Below, piece after piece: positions 55,291 to 63,250 of a stretch of DNA of 64,000 nucleotides. Under the pieces are notes generated by a model, which searched no databases, had not been told where the DNA came from, and saw nothing but the letters and a program-made list of their open reading frames with translations. This DNA is from Spartobacteria bacterium (lineage in GTDB: Bacteria; Verrucomicrobiota; Verrucomicrobiia; Chthoniobacterales; UBA10450), in contig PMTM01000013.1 of NCBI GenBank assembly GCA_003167365.1, positions 122,667-186,666 of the forward strand. The letters are read 5' to 3'. A program made the position numbers and the translations under genes. Position 1 is the stretch's first letter. Each line of letters opens with the position of its first letter.

Positions 55291-57130
55291 GCGTACAGCC
55301 TTGTGCACGATCCTGGTTGCTGCGCTCACCGGATTTTTTTCGAGCGGCGCGGTCTTTGCCGATTCACCGAGCGTTACGGCGGTTCTAAGTAATTCCGAAG
55401 TCGCGGTCGGCGAAACTGTCCGGTTGCAAATCAGAATCACCGGGTCCGACGCTAAACCGCCCGGTCAAATCACGGTCGACGGTCTCGATATTCGCCAAAC
55501 CGGAACCGAGCAGCATTACGAGATGAACAACTTCAGCATCTCGCAAAGCGTCATCTACAACTACACGGTGTTGCCGATGAAGGCGGGCAAGTTCAAGATT
55601 CCGCCGCAAACCGTTCAGGCGGGTGGCGCCTCTCTGCGCACGCCCGAGTTGGCTTTAAATGTCTCCGGTTCCGCGGGCAGCTCGGCCCGCGGAAATTCAA
55701 GTACAGCGCAACAGTCGATCGATCCGAGAAAGATCGCGTTTATCGAGCTGGTCGTTCCGAAGGCCCAGGCTTACGTCGGAGAAGCTGTGCCTGTGGTTTT
55801 GAAACTCTGCCTCAACCCGCGGGTAAGATTTCAAGCAATCGATCAATTGGACATCAACGCGCAGGGCCTAACGGTGCAGAAATTGACGAAATCCGGCGAA
55901 AGCATGGAGGCGATCAACGGCGCGACCTACAATGTCATTACTTTCAAGACGGCTATGGCCGCGGCGCGAACCGGGAAGTTTGAAATTCCGGCGATGGAGG
56001 TTAAGGCCGTGGCGCTTTTTCCGGACCGCCAGCCGTCGACCAGGAATCCGCGGGGACCGCGTTCACCCTTCGACATATTTAATATGGATCCATTCGACGA
56101 TTCGCTTTTCGGCGATCTGATTGGCAAGCCGCACGACATCACCATTCGAAGCGAACCTGTTACTCTCGAAGTGAAACCGCTGCCGTCGAATGCGCCGGCC
56201 AATTTTTCCGGCGCGGTCGGCAATTTCACAATGACAGCGGAGGCAAATCCGAAGAGCGTGCAGGTGGGCGATCCGATTACGGTAACGGCGACAATTTCTG
56301 GTCGCGGTAGTTTCGACCGGGTCAACGCGCCGTCGATCGAGGACGACCGCGGTTGGCACAAGTATCCACCCTCTTCAAAATTCAAACAGGATGACGACGT
56401 CGGAATCAGCGGCGCAAAGACTTTCGAAACCGTGCTTTCGCCGAACGAAAAGAAACAAACAGTGCCCCCACTTGCGTTTTCCTATTTCGATCCGGTCAAA
56501 GAACAATATGTGACGTTGCGAAGCGAACCAGTTCCGATCCAAGTGGAAGGAAATGCGTTGCCTGCGGCTACGCTTTCCGCGGCGACAGCGAATCCGCAAC
56601 CTGCGCCGGAAGCATCCGCCCGGCCCGCGTCAAAGCCGCAAGACATTTTGTATCAACTGACTGAGTTGCCCGTTCGCTCACGATCCTTTACCCCGCTTTA
56701 TGCGCGTTCCGTTTTCTGGATGGCGCAGTTGATTCCGCTGCTGGCCCTGCTTGGAACTGCCGGATGGAAAATTCGCCAGGCCAGGATCGACAATCGCGAA
56801 GCGCAAAGAATTGCCGCGTTGCAACAGGAAGCGACCGAGCTGATGCGCAAATTGCGGCGCAAAGACACGTCGCCGCAGGAATATTTTTCGCAAGCTTCGC
56901 GCGCGGTGCAGGTGAAGACGGCGCTTGCCCGCAATGTCGATCCAAACGTTGTCGATGTAGAGGTCGCGGCAAAGACCTTCGGATTAGATGAAGGAGAGCG
57001 TGCGCAGTTGCGTCGATTGTTCGCGCGCAGCGATGAAATGCGTTACAGCGGCGCACAGAACGGCGCGGGAACAACCACGCCGCAAGATCGACATGAACTC
57101 TTGGAATTCATCGAGAGTTTGCGCGCATGA
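55256..57130 (+). CDS. batD: BatD-like oxygen-tolerance protein
   Basis: Signal peptide, a large beta-rich extracytoplasmic region, a C-terminal TM (VFWMAQLIPLLALLGTAGW) and a cytoplasmic tail. Start is ATG 55256 or the in-frame ATG 55277, both inside the heptamer array. Confidence 0.82.
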   Translation: MFDVRCLMFDVRRTALCTILVAALTGFFSSGAVFADSPSVTAVLSNSEVAVGETVRLQIRITGSDAKPPGQITVDGLDIRQTGTEQHYEMNNFSISQSVIYNYTVLPMKAGKFKIPPQTVQAGGASLRTPELALNVSGSAGSSARGNSSTAQQSIDPRKIAFIELVVPKAQAYVGEAVPVVLKLCLNPRVRFQAIDQLDINAQGLTVQKLTKSGESMEAINGATYNVITFKTAMAAARTGKFEIPAMEVKAVALFPDRQPSTRNPRGPRSPFDIFNMDPFDDSLFGDLIGKPHDITIRSEPVTLEVKPLPSNAPANFSGAVGNFTMTAEANPKSVQVGDPITVTATISGRGSFDRVNAPSIEDDRGWHKYPPSSKFKQDDDVGISGAKTFETVLSPNEKKQTVPPLAFSYFDPVKEQYVTLRSEPVPIQVEGNALPAATLSAATANPQPAPEASARPASKPQDILYQLTELPVRSRSFTPLYARSVFWMAQLIPLLALLGTAGWKIRQARIDNREAQRIAALQQEATELMRKLRRKDTSPQEYFSQASRAVQVKTALARNVDPNVVDVEVAAKTFGLDEGERAQLRRLFARSDEMRYSGAQNGAGTTTPQDRHELLEFIESLRA

Positions 57131-57870
57131 AACAACTGATCATCACTCTTTGCGCGGTAGGGGGTCTGTTTGCGGTTTCATCGACATTCGCGCAAGCCGA
57201 TACGCCGTTCGCCAAAGCGAACGAGGAATACGCAACCGGCCATTTCAAGGAAGCGATCGATGGTTACGAAACGCTTGCCCGGTCGAGACAATGGAGCGCG
57301 ACTCTATTTTATGATCTGGGCAACGCGTATTTTCGGGCCGGCGATTTCGGACGCGCGATCTTGAATTACGAACGCGCGCTCGCCCTTGAACCGCGACATC
57401 CGGAGGCGGATGCGAATCTGCGAATCGCGCGCGATGAAGCACGCGCGCTCGAACTGGCAGTGAACGCTCCCGAGCGTTCTTTGCAATTGATGACTCCGAA
57501 TCAATATACGATTGCCGCCGCGATTGCGTTATGGGTTGGGATTTTCGGAATTGTCATTTTGATTTCTGCACGGCGCCGCTCCGCCGGCTTGATCGCATTG
57601 TCGATCTTATCATTGTTGATCTTCGCTTTCGCGGTGGCCGCGATCGTCTGGCTCGATAACGGAAATAAGGGAAGCGCGCTAGCAATCGTGACGGACAAAG
57701 GAGTGGAAGCACGCGTAGCAACGGCGGAAAATGCGAACACGGTTTTGGCGCTGCCGCCCGGAAGCGAAATCAAAATTGTGAGCAAGCGCGGCGATTGGAT
57801 TTATGCCGTGCTCCCGAATAATTTGCGAGGTTGGATCTCGGCCAAGAGCGCCGAGAGTGTTCGCTTGTAG
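57127..57870 (+). CDS. batE: BatE-like TPR + TM + SH3b protein
   Basis: Signal peptide, TPR units (YDLGNAYFRAGDFGRAILNYERALALEPRH), two TM helices, and a C-terminal SH3-like segment (IKIVSKRGDWIYAVLPNNLRGWI). ATGA overlap with batD. Confidence 0.8.
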   Translation: MKQLIITLCAVGGLFAVSSTFAQADTPFAKANEEYATGHFKEAIDGYETLARSRQWSATLFYDLGNAYFRAGDFGRAILNYERALALEPRHPEADANLRIARDEARALELAVNAPERSLQLMTPNQYTIAAAIALWVGIFGIVILISARRRSAGLIALSILSLLIFAFAVAAIVWLDNGNKGSALAIVTDKGVEARVATAENANTVLALPPGSEIKIVSKRGDWIYAVLPNNLRGWISAKSAESVRL

Positions 57871-57882
57871 ACAGCGAGCGGG

Positions 57883-57956
57883 TGTAGAGGCGCGCGTCCT
57901 CACGCGCCAAGATTTCCACTCCGCGCGGACTGCGGCTGAGGACAGCCGCCACTACA
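57883..57956. repeat. REP-like double-hairpin element (TGTAG family, full copy)
   Basis: Left arm is TGTAGAGGCGCGCGTCCTCACGCGCC. The reverse complement of the right arm is TGTAGTGGCGGCTGTCCTCAGCCGCA. Confidence 0.6.
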
Positions 57957-57996
57957 TAGTTGAGAAGCGGCAAAATGTTTACATCTTGAGTCGCTT

Positions 57997-59409
57997 ATGA
58001 ACGCAGAGATGGACGTCGGCACTGATAAGAAGGCGTTCCAGATCAATCTGGACTCCAAAAAGTATGGAACTTTCGCGGAGATCGGCGCCGGCCAGGAAGT
58101 GGCGCGCCGTTTTTTCCATGTCGGCGGCGCGTCGGGGACAATCGCGAAAACGATGTCGGCCTACGATATGACGTTTAGCGACGCCATCTATGGATCGACG
58201 GACCGCTATGTAAGCCGGGTGCGATTGCAGACAATGCTCGACCACGAGTACGATCTTCTGGTCGAACGGCTCGATGCCAAACTTGGCGATCAGCGAACAT
58301 TTTTCGTTTTCGCCGACACGGTGGCAGCGCGCAGTTTCAAGCAGCACAACGAATCGCACGGCTGGCTTGGCGTTCGTTTTCAAACACAAACGCGCGGCGA
58401 CCCGAGCCAGATCATCATTCACGTGCGCATGCTCGACGAGACGAACGTCGACCAGCAGGAAGCGCTGGGCGTGATCGGCGTGAATTTCCTTTATGGAGCG
58501 TTCTATCATCACGAGCCTGAACAATTGATTTCATCGCTGCAGGAAAATCTCACACCGGGGCGAATCCAGGTGGACATGATCAAATTCTCCGGCCCCGCTT
58601 TCGCCGGAGTGGACAATCGCTTGATGAGCTTGCAGCTGGTCAGCCAAGGATTAACCGACGCCATCATGTTCACGGCCGACGGCGAAACGGTGCAGCCGGC
58701 GGAAGTGTTTTACAAGAAAGCGATCCTGGTCGAACGCGGCAGTTTTCGGCCGGTAACTTATGCGACCAACGACATGCTCGATGGCGCGCGCAAAGTTTTC
58801 CTCAAGGAATCGGGATGTTCGGATCAAGAACTTATCGTCCTGATGGAGATGACGCTGGAGAATTTACTCACGGAGGGGCAATTGAATCACGCGGACTTTC
58901 TCGCCCGCGTAGACATTCTCGGCGCGCTTGGCCGGACGGTTTTGGTTTCCAGGTTCGGTGAATATTATCGGCTGGCCAGTTATCTGTCGCGTTACACGAA
59001 CAAGATGATCGGGCTGGTAATGGGAGTGCCGAGTTTGATGGAGATTTTCGACGAAAAATATTATCTCAACCTCGAAGGCGGAATTCTGGAAGCGCTCGGC
59101 CGCATGTTTAAGGGCGGATTAAAGCTTTATGTTTATCCGATGATCGACGAAGAAACGGGCGGCATCCTCACAGCAACTCAGGTGAGCGTTGCGTCGAATT
59201 TGCGGTCGCTCTTTCAATACCTGATCGACAACCGGTTCATCCAAGAGATCACAGATTATAATCCGAAGTATCTGCGAATTTATCCGCCAGAAGCGCTGGC
59301 CAAACTGCAAGCCGGAGACAGCGGTTGGGAAAGCATGGTCCCTTCGGAAGTGGTCCAGATCATAAAAAAGCGCGAATTTTTCGGCTATCGCGCACCGGTT
59401 GCGGCATAA
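57997..59409 (+). CDS. Conserved-looking soluble protein of unknown function (470 aa)
   Basis: Long clean ORF with an ATG start. The N-terminal block YGTFAEIGAGQEVARRFFHVGGASGTIAKTMSAYDMTFSDAIYG looks like a conserved family signature, but I cannot name the family. Confidence 0.8.
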   Translation: MNAEMDVGTDKKAFQINLDSKKYGTFAEIGAGQEVARRFFHVGGASGTIAKTMSAYDMTFSDAIYGSTDRYVSRVRLQTMLDHEYDLLVERLDAKLGDQRTFFVFADTVAARSFKQHNESHGWLGVRFQTQTRGDPSQIIIHVRMLDETNVDQQEALGVIGVNFLYGAFYHHEPEQLISSLQENLTPGRIQVDMIKFSGPAFAGVDNRLMSLQLVSQGLTDAIMFTADGETVQPAEVFYKKAILVERGSFRPVTYATNDMLDGARKVFLKESGCSDQELIVLMEMTLENLLTEGQLNHADFLARVDILGALGRTVLVSRFGEYYRLASYLSRYTNKMIGLVMGVPSLMEIFDEKYYLNLEGGILEALGRMFKGGLKLYVYPMIDEETGGILTATQVSVASNLRSLFQYLIDNRFIQEITDYNPKYLRIYPPEALAKLQAGDSGWESMVPSEVVQIIKKREFFGYRAPVAA

Positions 59410-59501
59410 GAATTTAGCTATTCGCAGCCTGCACACGAGGCTTCGAACGGCCAGAAAACGCCCACGTCGGCACGTTTCCCGCTACATAGAATCGTAGCAT
59501 C

Positions 59502-60572
59502 ATGGCCAGACGCGGAGATTCTGTAATAGGCATCGATTTGGGGAAACATATTTTCAAAGGTGTTTCGCTTCGTCGGAAGGGAGATTCACGTTTTGTTCTA
59601 ACCGGTTTTGCTTCGCGCGAAGTGCCGGAAGAATTTCAAAATGCCGACCAGCTGGCACAGGAACTTAAGCTCCTGATTCGCGAAGTGGGCGGCGGCGCCA
59701 AAGCGGCCGCCGTTGCGGTCTCCGATCCGGCAGCGCTTTTGCGTATCGTGGAGCAGCCGACGACGCCGGTTGAATTGCTTCGCAACGCACTTCGCTTCAA
59801 TGGACTGCTCGTGCTTAACCAGGAGTGCAAAGATTTCGTTCTCGACATCGCACCGGTCTCGGCCAACGGAAGCAGCGGCGCCGATTCAATGGAAGGTTCG
59901 GGCAACGTGGCGGTGCAAGGAGCCGTGGCAACGAAAACCAAGTATCTCGTCGGCGGGATGTTGCGGCCCGCGGTCAAACAAATTACCGAAGCGATGAGCA
60001 AGACGCGCGTCCCGATTGAGATTTTGCAGCTGGCGCCAATTTGTTCGTTCAACGCCTTCGAATTCGCTTATCCACAAGTTTTCAACGAGGACGCATTTCT
60101 CCTCCTCGATATGGGTCATCTGCAAAGCACCGTGTTGATCGGGAGAAAAGGAGAACTCGTGCTCGTGCGAAGCATCGACTACGGCGGCAAAGCACTCACA
60201 CAAGCGCTCACCGCCGACGGCGCGCTCGACGCGGACGCAGCCCGGATCATGATTAGCGAGGGAGATGGCGGGATGGCGGAGATTTGCCGCGGCTCTCTTG
60301 CCCGACTCGGCACCGAGGTGCGCAATTCAATTGGATTCTTCGAAGGACAACGCGAGGAAAGCATCAACCGAATCTTCGTTTCCGGCGGTATGGCTCGCGC
60401 AGAAATGGTTTTGCAAGCGCTGAGCGATGAGCTTGGTTTGCCGTGCGAGATTTGGGACCCGCTCGAAACCTGCGAAGTCGCGCTTCCCGCGGCAAAACGC
60501 CAGGCCCTCCCCCGTGAATTTGTTTCGCTCAACGTCGCCTGCGGCGCAGCGTTTGAATACTTGAGACACTAA
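59502..60572 (+). CDS. pilM: Type IV pilus assembly protein PilM (actin-like ATPase fold)
   Basis: VIGIDLGKH phosphate-1 motif. Length 356 aa. Followed by pilN/O/P-like genes. Confidence 0.85.
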   Translation: MARRGDSVIGIDLGKHIFKGVSLRRKGDSRFVLTGFASREVPEEFQNADQLAQELKLLIREVGGGAKAAAVAVSDPAALLRIVEQPTTPVELLRNALRFNGLLVLNQECKDFVLDIAPVSANGSSGADSMEGSGNVAVQGAVATKTKYLVGGMLRPAVKQITEAMSKTRVPIEILQLAPICSFNAFEFAYPQVFNEDAFLLLDMGHLQSTVLIGRKGELVLVRSIDYGGKALTQALTADGALDADAARIMISEGDGGMAEICRGSLARLGTEVRNSIGFFEGQREESINRIFVSGGMARAEMVLQALSDELGLPCEIWDPLETCEVALPAAKRQALPREFVSLNVACGAAFEYLRH

Positions 60573-60579
60573 CAAGCCA

Positions 60580-61509
60580 ATGGCACTCCATCTCAACCTC
60601 CTCCATGAGGCGATTTCAGAACAACGACAACGTCAGCGCGATCCGCTTAAGATCGGCATGATGGTGGTCGCCGGCATCGGCGCGTTGCTCTTTCTCTACT
60701 ACGGTTGGAATGCCTATCGGACTCTGGAAATCAGAAGCCGGTTGAGCGCAGTCGAGAGCGACTGGGCGAAGGTCGAACCAAAAGTAACAACGGCCCAGAA
60801 ACGCGCGGCTGAACTGACCAACATCATCAACACCACGCGCGTGCTCGATGTTTTGATCGAGGATCGCTTCTACTGGGCGCCATTTATGCAAAAACTTTCC
60901 CGCTGTGTCGCGCCCAACGCGCAGCTTACCAGCATGGAAGGCTCCGTCACGGATGACAACAAAGCGGTCACGGTCACGATCGAAGGAGTTTCCGCCGGAC
61001 GCGAGCCGCGTTCAGCCGCTGAAGACCTGCGCCAATTGCTGATCGAGCAGCTCGGTCAAAATAGTCTCGGCATCCAAACGCGCACTGCTCCGTCTGGGCA
61101 AAGTGCCTCTGAGAATGGGGACCTGATTGTCGATGAAATCACGCCCGGATCGCCGGCGGCGGAAGCGCAATTACAAAAAGACGACATTATTCGCAAGTTC
61201 GACGGGCATGATGTGAAGAGTTTTTCCGAGCTGCTCGGTTTGGCCTCGCAAGTAGAATCAAAAAAAAGGGTTGAGTTCGAAATTCTTCGCGATGGCAAGC
61301 CCACAAAGCTAACGGCACAAATCAAAGATCACCCGGTTGATTACAGCGACGTGAAAGTGCAATTCAAGACGTTGGAAGACCTCGATACGATTGTGAATGT
61401 GGGAGGCACAACTATGGCCATGGCGCGTTACGTCCTCACCGTGAACTTCAATACCCATCCCTCGGCAAACCCAGCGACAACCCCTTCTGCCGCACGAACA
61501 CCAAAGTAA
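60580..61509 (+). CDS. PilN-like bitopic protein with an inserted PDZ domain
   Basis: N-terminal LNLLHE (compare the PilN INLLP motif), a TM (IGMMVVAGIGALLFLYYGW) and a coiled coil. The periplasmic fold is interrupted by a PDZ (GDLIVDEITPGSPAAEAQLQKDDIIRKFDGHDVKSFSELL...VEFEILRDGKPTKL). Confidence 0.8.
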   Translation: MALHLNLLHEAISEQRQRQRDPLKIGMMVVAGIGALLFLYYGWNAYRTLEIRSRLSAVESDWAKVEPKVTTAQKRAAELTNIINTTRVLDVLIEDRFYWAPFMQKLSRCVAPNAQLTSMEGSVTDDNKAVTVTIEGVSAGREPRSAAEDLRQLLIEQLGQNSLGIQTRTAPSGQSASENGDLIVDEITPGSPAAEAQLQKDDIIRKFDGHDVKSFSELLGLASQVESKKRVEFEILRDGKPTKLTAQIKDHPVDYSDVKVQFKTLEDLDTIVNVGGTTMAMARYVLTVNFNTHPSANPATTPSAARTPK

Positions 61510-62075
61510 TGATTCCGTTCAAGCTCACCAAAGATCAAATCCAAAAGCTCGGGCTCAGCACGATGGGCTTCGTCATCTTGCTCTATGTTTATTTCAGTTT
61601 CTTTCTCGGGCCGCTGAACAGAAGCCGTAACGGGATGAAGGACAAAATTAGCGACCTGCAAGACAAGCTCAATTCTTCGAAAGGCGAAATGGCCAAAACG
61701 GTTCATCTCGAGCAGCAAGCCAAGGCCGCCACCACTCGTTTCGCCGCTTTGAAAACTTTGAACCCGGAAGGCGCGCCCATCGCCTGGTTCCCGCCGCGCA
61801 TTAAAGTTTTCTTTGCCAACCAGCAGATCGACAAAGCGGTCGCCAAACTCGATGGCAATACTGCTTTTAAACAAGCCGAGCTTTCCGAGTGGATGAAATA
61901 CAATTGGACGATCGATTTGCCGCAGGCCGATTTCGATTTGCTCGGCAAAGCTCTCGCCAATTTGGAGAATTCCGAGCCGCTGCTTTCCATTTCAAAGATA
62001 AAGATCCAGACGCTGACCGACCCGCAATCTCAGCAGGTCGCTCTTAACGTCGCCACCATCATCCAAAAGCAATGA
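61509..62075 (+). CDS. PilO-like bitopic protein
   Basis: 188 aa: TM (GFVILLYVYFSFFLGPL), a coiled coil, then an alpha/beta domain. TAATG overlap with the pilN-like gene. Confidence 0.62.
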   Translation: MIPFKLTKDQIQKLGLSTMGFVILLYVYFSFFLGPLNRSRNGMKDKISDLQDKLNSSKGEMAKTVHLEQQAKAATTRFAALKTLNPEGAPIAWFPPRIKVFFANQQIDKAVAKLDGNTAFKQAELSEWMKYNWTIDLPQADFDLLGKALANLENSEPLLSISKIKIQTLTDPQSQQVALNVATIIQKQ

Positions 62076-62482
62076 AACGCGGTCTCCTCATCTCCATATC
62101 GATCTTGACCGGACTAAGTTCCCTTCAGGCAACGGAGCAGCCGGCAGTCGAGCTCAAAAATAAATCGACGTTCGCGATGGACAACGGCAGCCGCAATCCG
62201 TTCTGGCCGATCGGATGGAAACCGGCTCCGAAAATAGGAAACGGCGGTGCCGACCACGGAGGCACAGATTTGCCCCCGACGGTTTTCGTCGTCAGCACCA
62301 TCACTGTGGAGCCAAGCGGCCGGTTCGCCATCATCAACGGCAAGACCATGACCGAAGGCCAACAGTTCGGCCTGCAAATGGGCACCCAAACCTACCAGAT
62401 CACCGTCAAACGAATCGAAGACGGCCGTGTTATCCTCGGCCGGCGCGACCAGGAAATCGTCGTCCCGTTGCGGCGCAAGTAA
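62072..62482 (+). CDS. PilP/GspB-C-terminal-like small exported protein
   Basis: Signal peptide, then the segment RFAIINGKTMTEGQQFGL...ITVKRIEDGRVIL typical of PilP/GspC-HR/GspB-type beta domains. ATGA overlap with the pilO-like gene. Confidence 0.58.
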   Translation: MKRGLLISISILTGLSSLQATEQPAVELKNKSTFAMDNGSRNPFWPIGWKPAPKIGNGGADHGGTDLPPTVFVVSTITVEPSGRFAIINGKTMTEGQQFGLQMGTQTYQITVKRIEDGRVILGRRDQEIVVPLRRK

Positions 62483-62490
62483 TCATCCGC

Positions 62491-62510
62491 TGACAAAGCG
62501 TGCTTTGTCA
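62491..62510 (+). terminator. Hairpin after the pilP-like gene (weak terminator candidate)
   Basis: TGACAAAG-CGTG-CTTTGTCA forms an 8-bp stem with no clear U-tract. The right half merges into the adjacent repeat arm. Confidence 0.3.
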
Positions 62511-62535
62511 TCCCGAGCGGAGCGAGGGACCTCGC
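62507..62535. repeat. Solo arm of the GTCATCCCGAG...GAGGGACCTC family
   Basis: GTCATCCCGAGCGGAGCGAGGGACCTCGC. Confidence 0.5.
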
Positions 62536-62722
62536 TCATCATCCACGATTACGCAGATTTCCGCAGACTATCTATTCTTGCAACGTTACCCCTAACCAGA
62601 CGATGCAGCCAACCGCTGGCCGGCGTACTGCCCCGCTTTCCTTTATGAAAATACGTTCATTGCAAACCACACTCGCTCTCGCCAGCGGCAGCTGAGCTTG
62701 TTCTCGTTAATCGACAACTCCA

Positions 62723-63205
62723 ATGAAGCGTCAAATCCTAATTCTCCTACTGGCACAGCTTTGCTGTGTGACCATTCTCTACGCGAAAGATTATACGCTG
62801 ATCGAGCAGCTTCCGAAGGGACTTGCCGCGGCGAAGACGCAAAGCCATAAGGGTTGGGATTCTGGCGTCACTTCGGAGATGAACCAGGCAACCTATGATT
62901 ACAACAATGCTTTGGTTGCAATCATTAAAGACTTAGTCAGCACGTATTATCCCAAGGAATTTCTCACCGAAGAGGAAATCGATGGCTACCTTAAAGCACT
63001 TTACGACATGCACCGCTTTAAGGAGAGCGCCGCGAACCCCTCTGGCGAATCTCGGGGCACGGCGGCCAGCCTCGAAGTTCCATCCGAGGTGAGCGGAGAT
63101 CTGGAGAACACAATTTCAGACATGGTTGAAGCAATTGCTAAAGATGATCCCAAGTTCGACTACAAGGGATGGAAGAAGAGATGGCAACAAGCTCAGAAGT
63201 TATGA
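62723..63205 (+). CDS. Exported hypothetical protein (160 aa), visibly more A/T-rich than its neighbours
   Basis: Signal peptide MKRQILILLLAQLCCVTILYA. The mature part is helical and charged. I recognise no motif. Confidence 0.7.
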   Translation: MKRQILILLLAQLCCVTILYAKDYTLIEQLPKGLAAAKTQSHKGWDSGVTSEMNQATYDYNNALVAIIKDLVSTYYPKEFLTEEEIDGYLKALYDMHRFKESAANPSGESRGTAASLEVPSEVSGDLENTISDMVEAIAKDDPKFDYKGWKKRWQQAQKL

Positions 63206-63250
63206 TCCGAACCTATGTCGCCTAAACAGACGTAGCTGATCTTTGTCTCG

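Noticed and set aside
62645-62695. 16-codon ORF MKIRSLQTTLALASGS, considered as a real micro-protein.
   Set aside because: It is too short and has no RBS evidence. It is mentioned only as a possible remnant of a signal peptide in the pilP-downstream finding.
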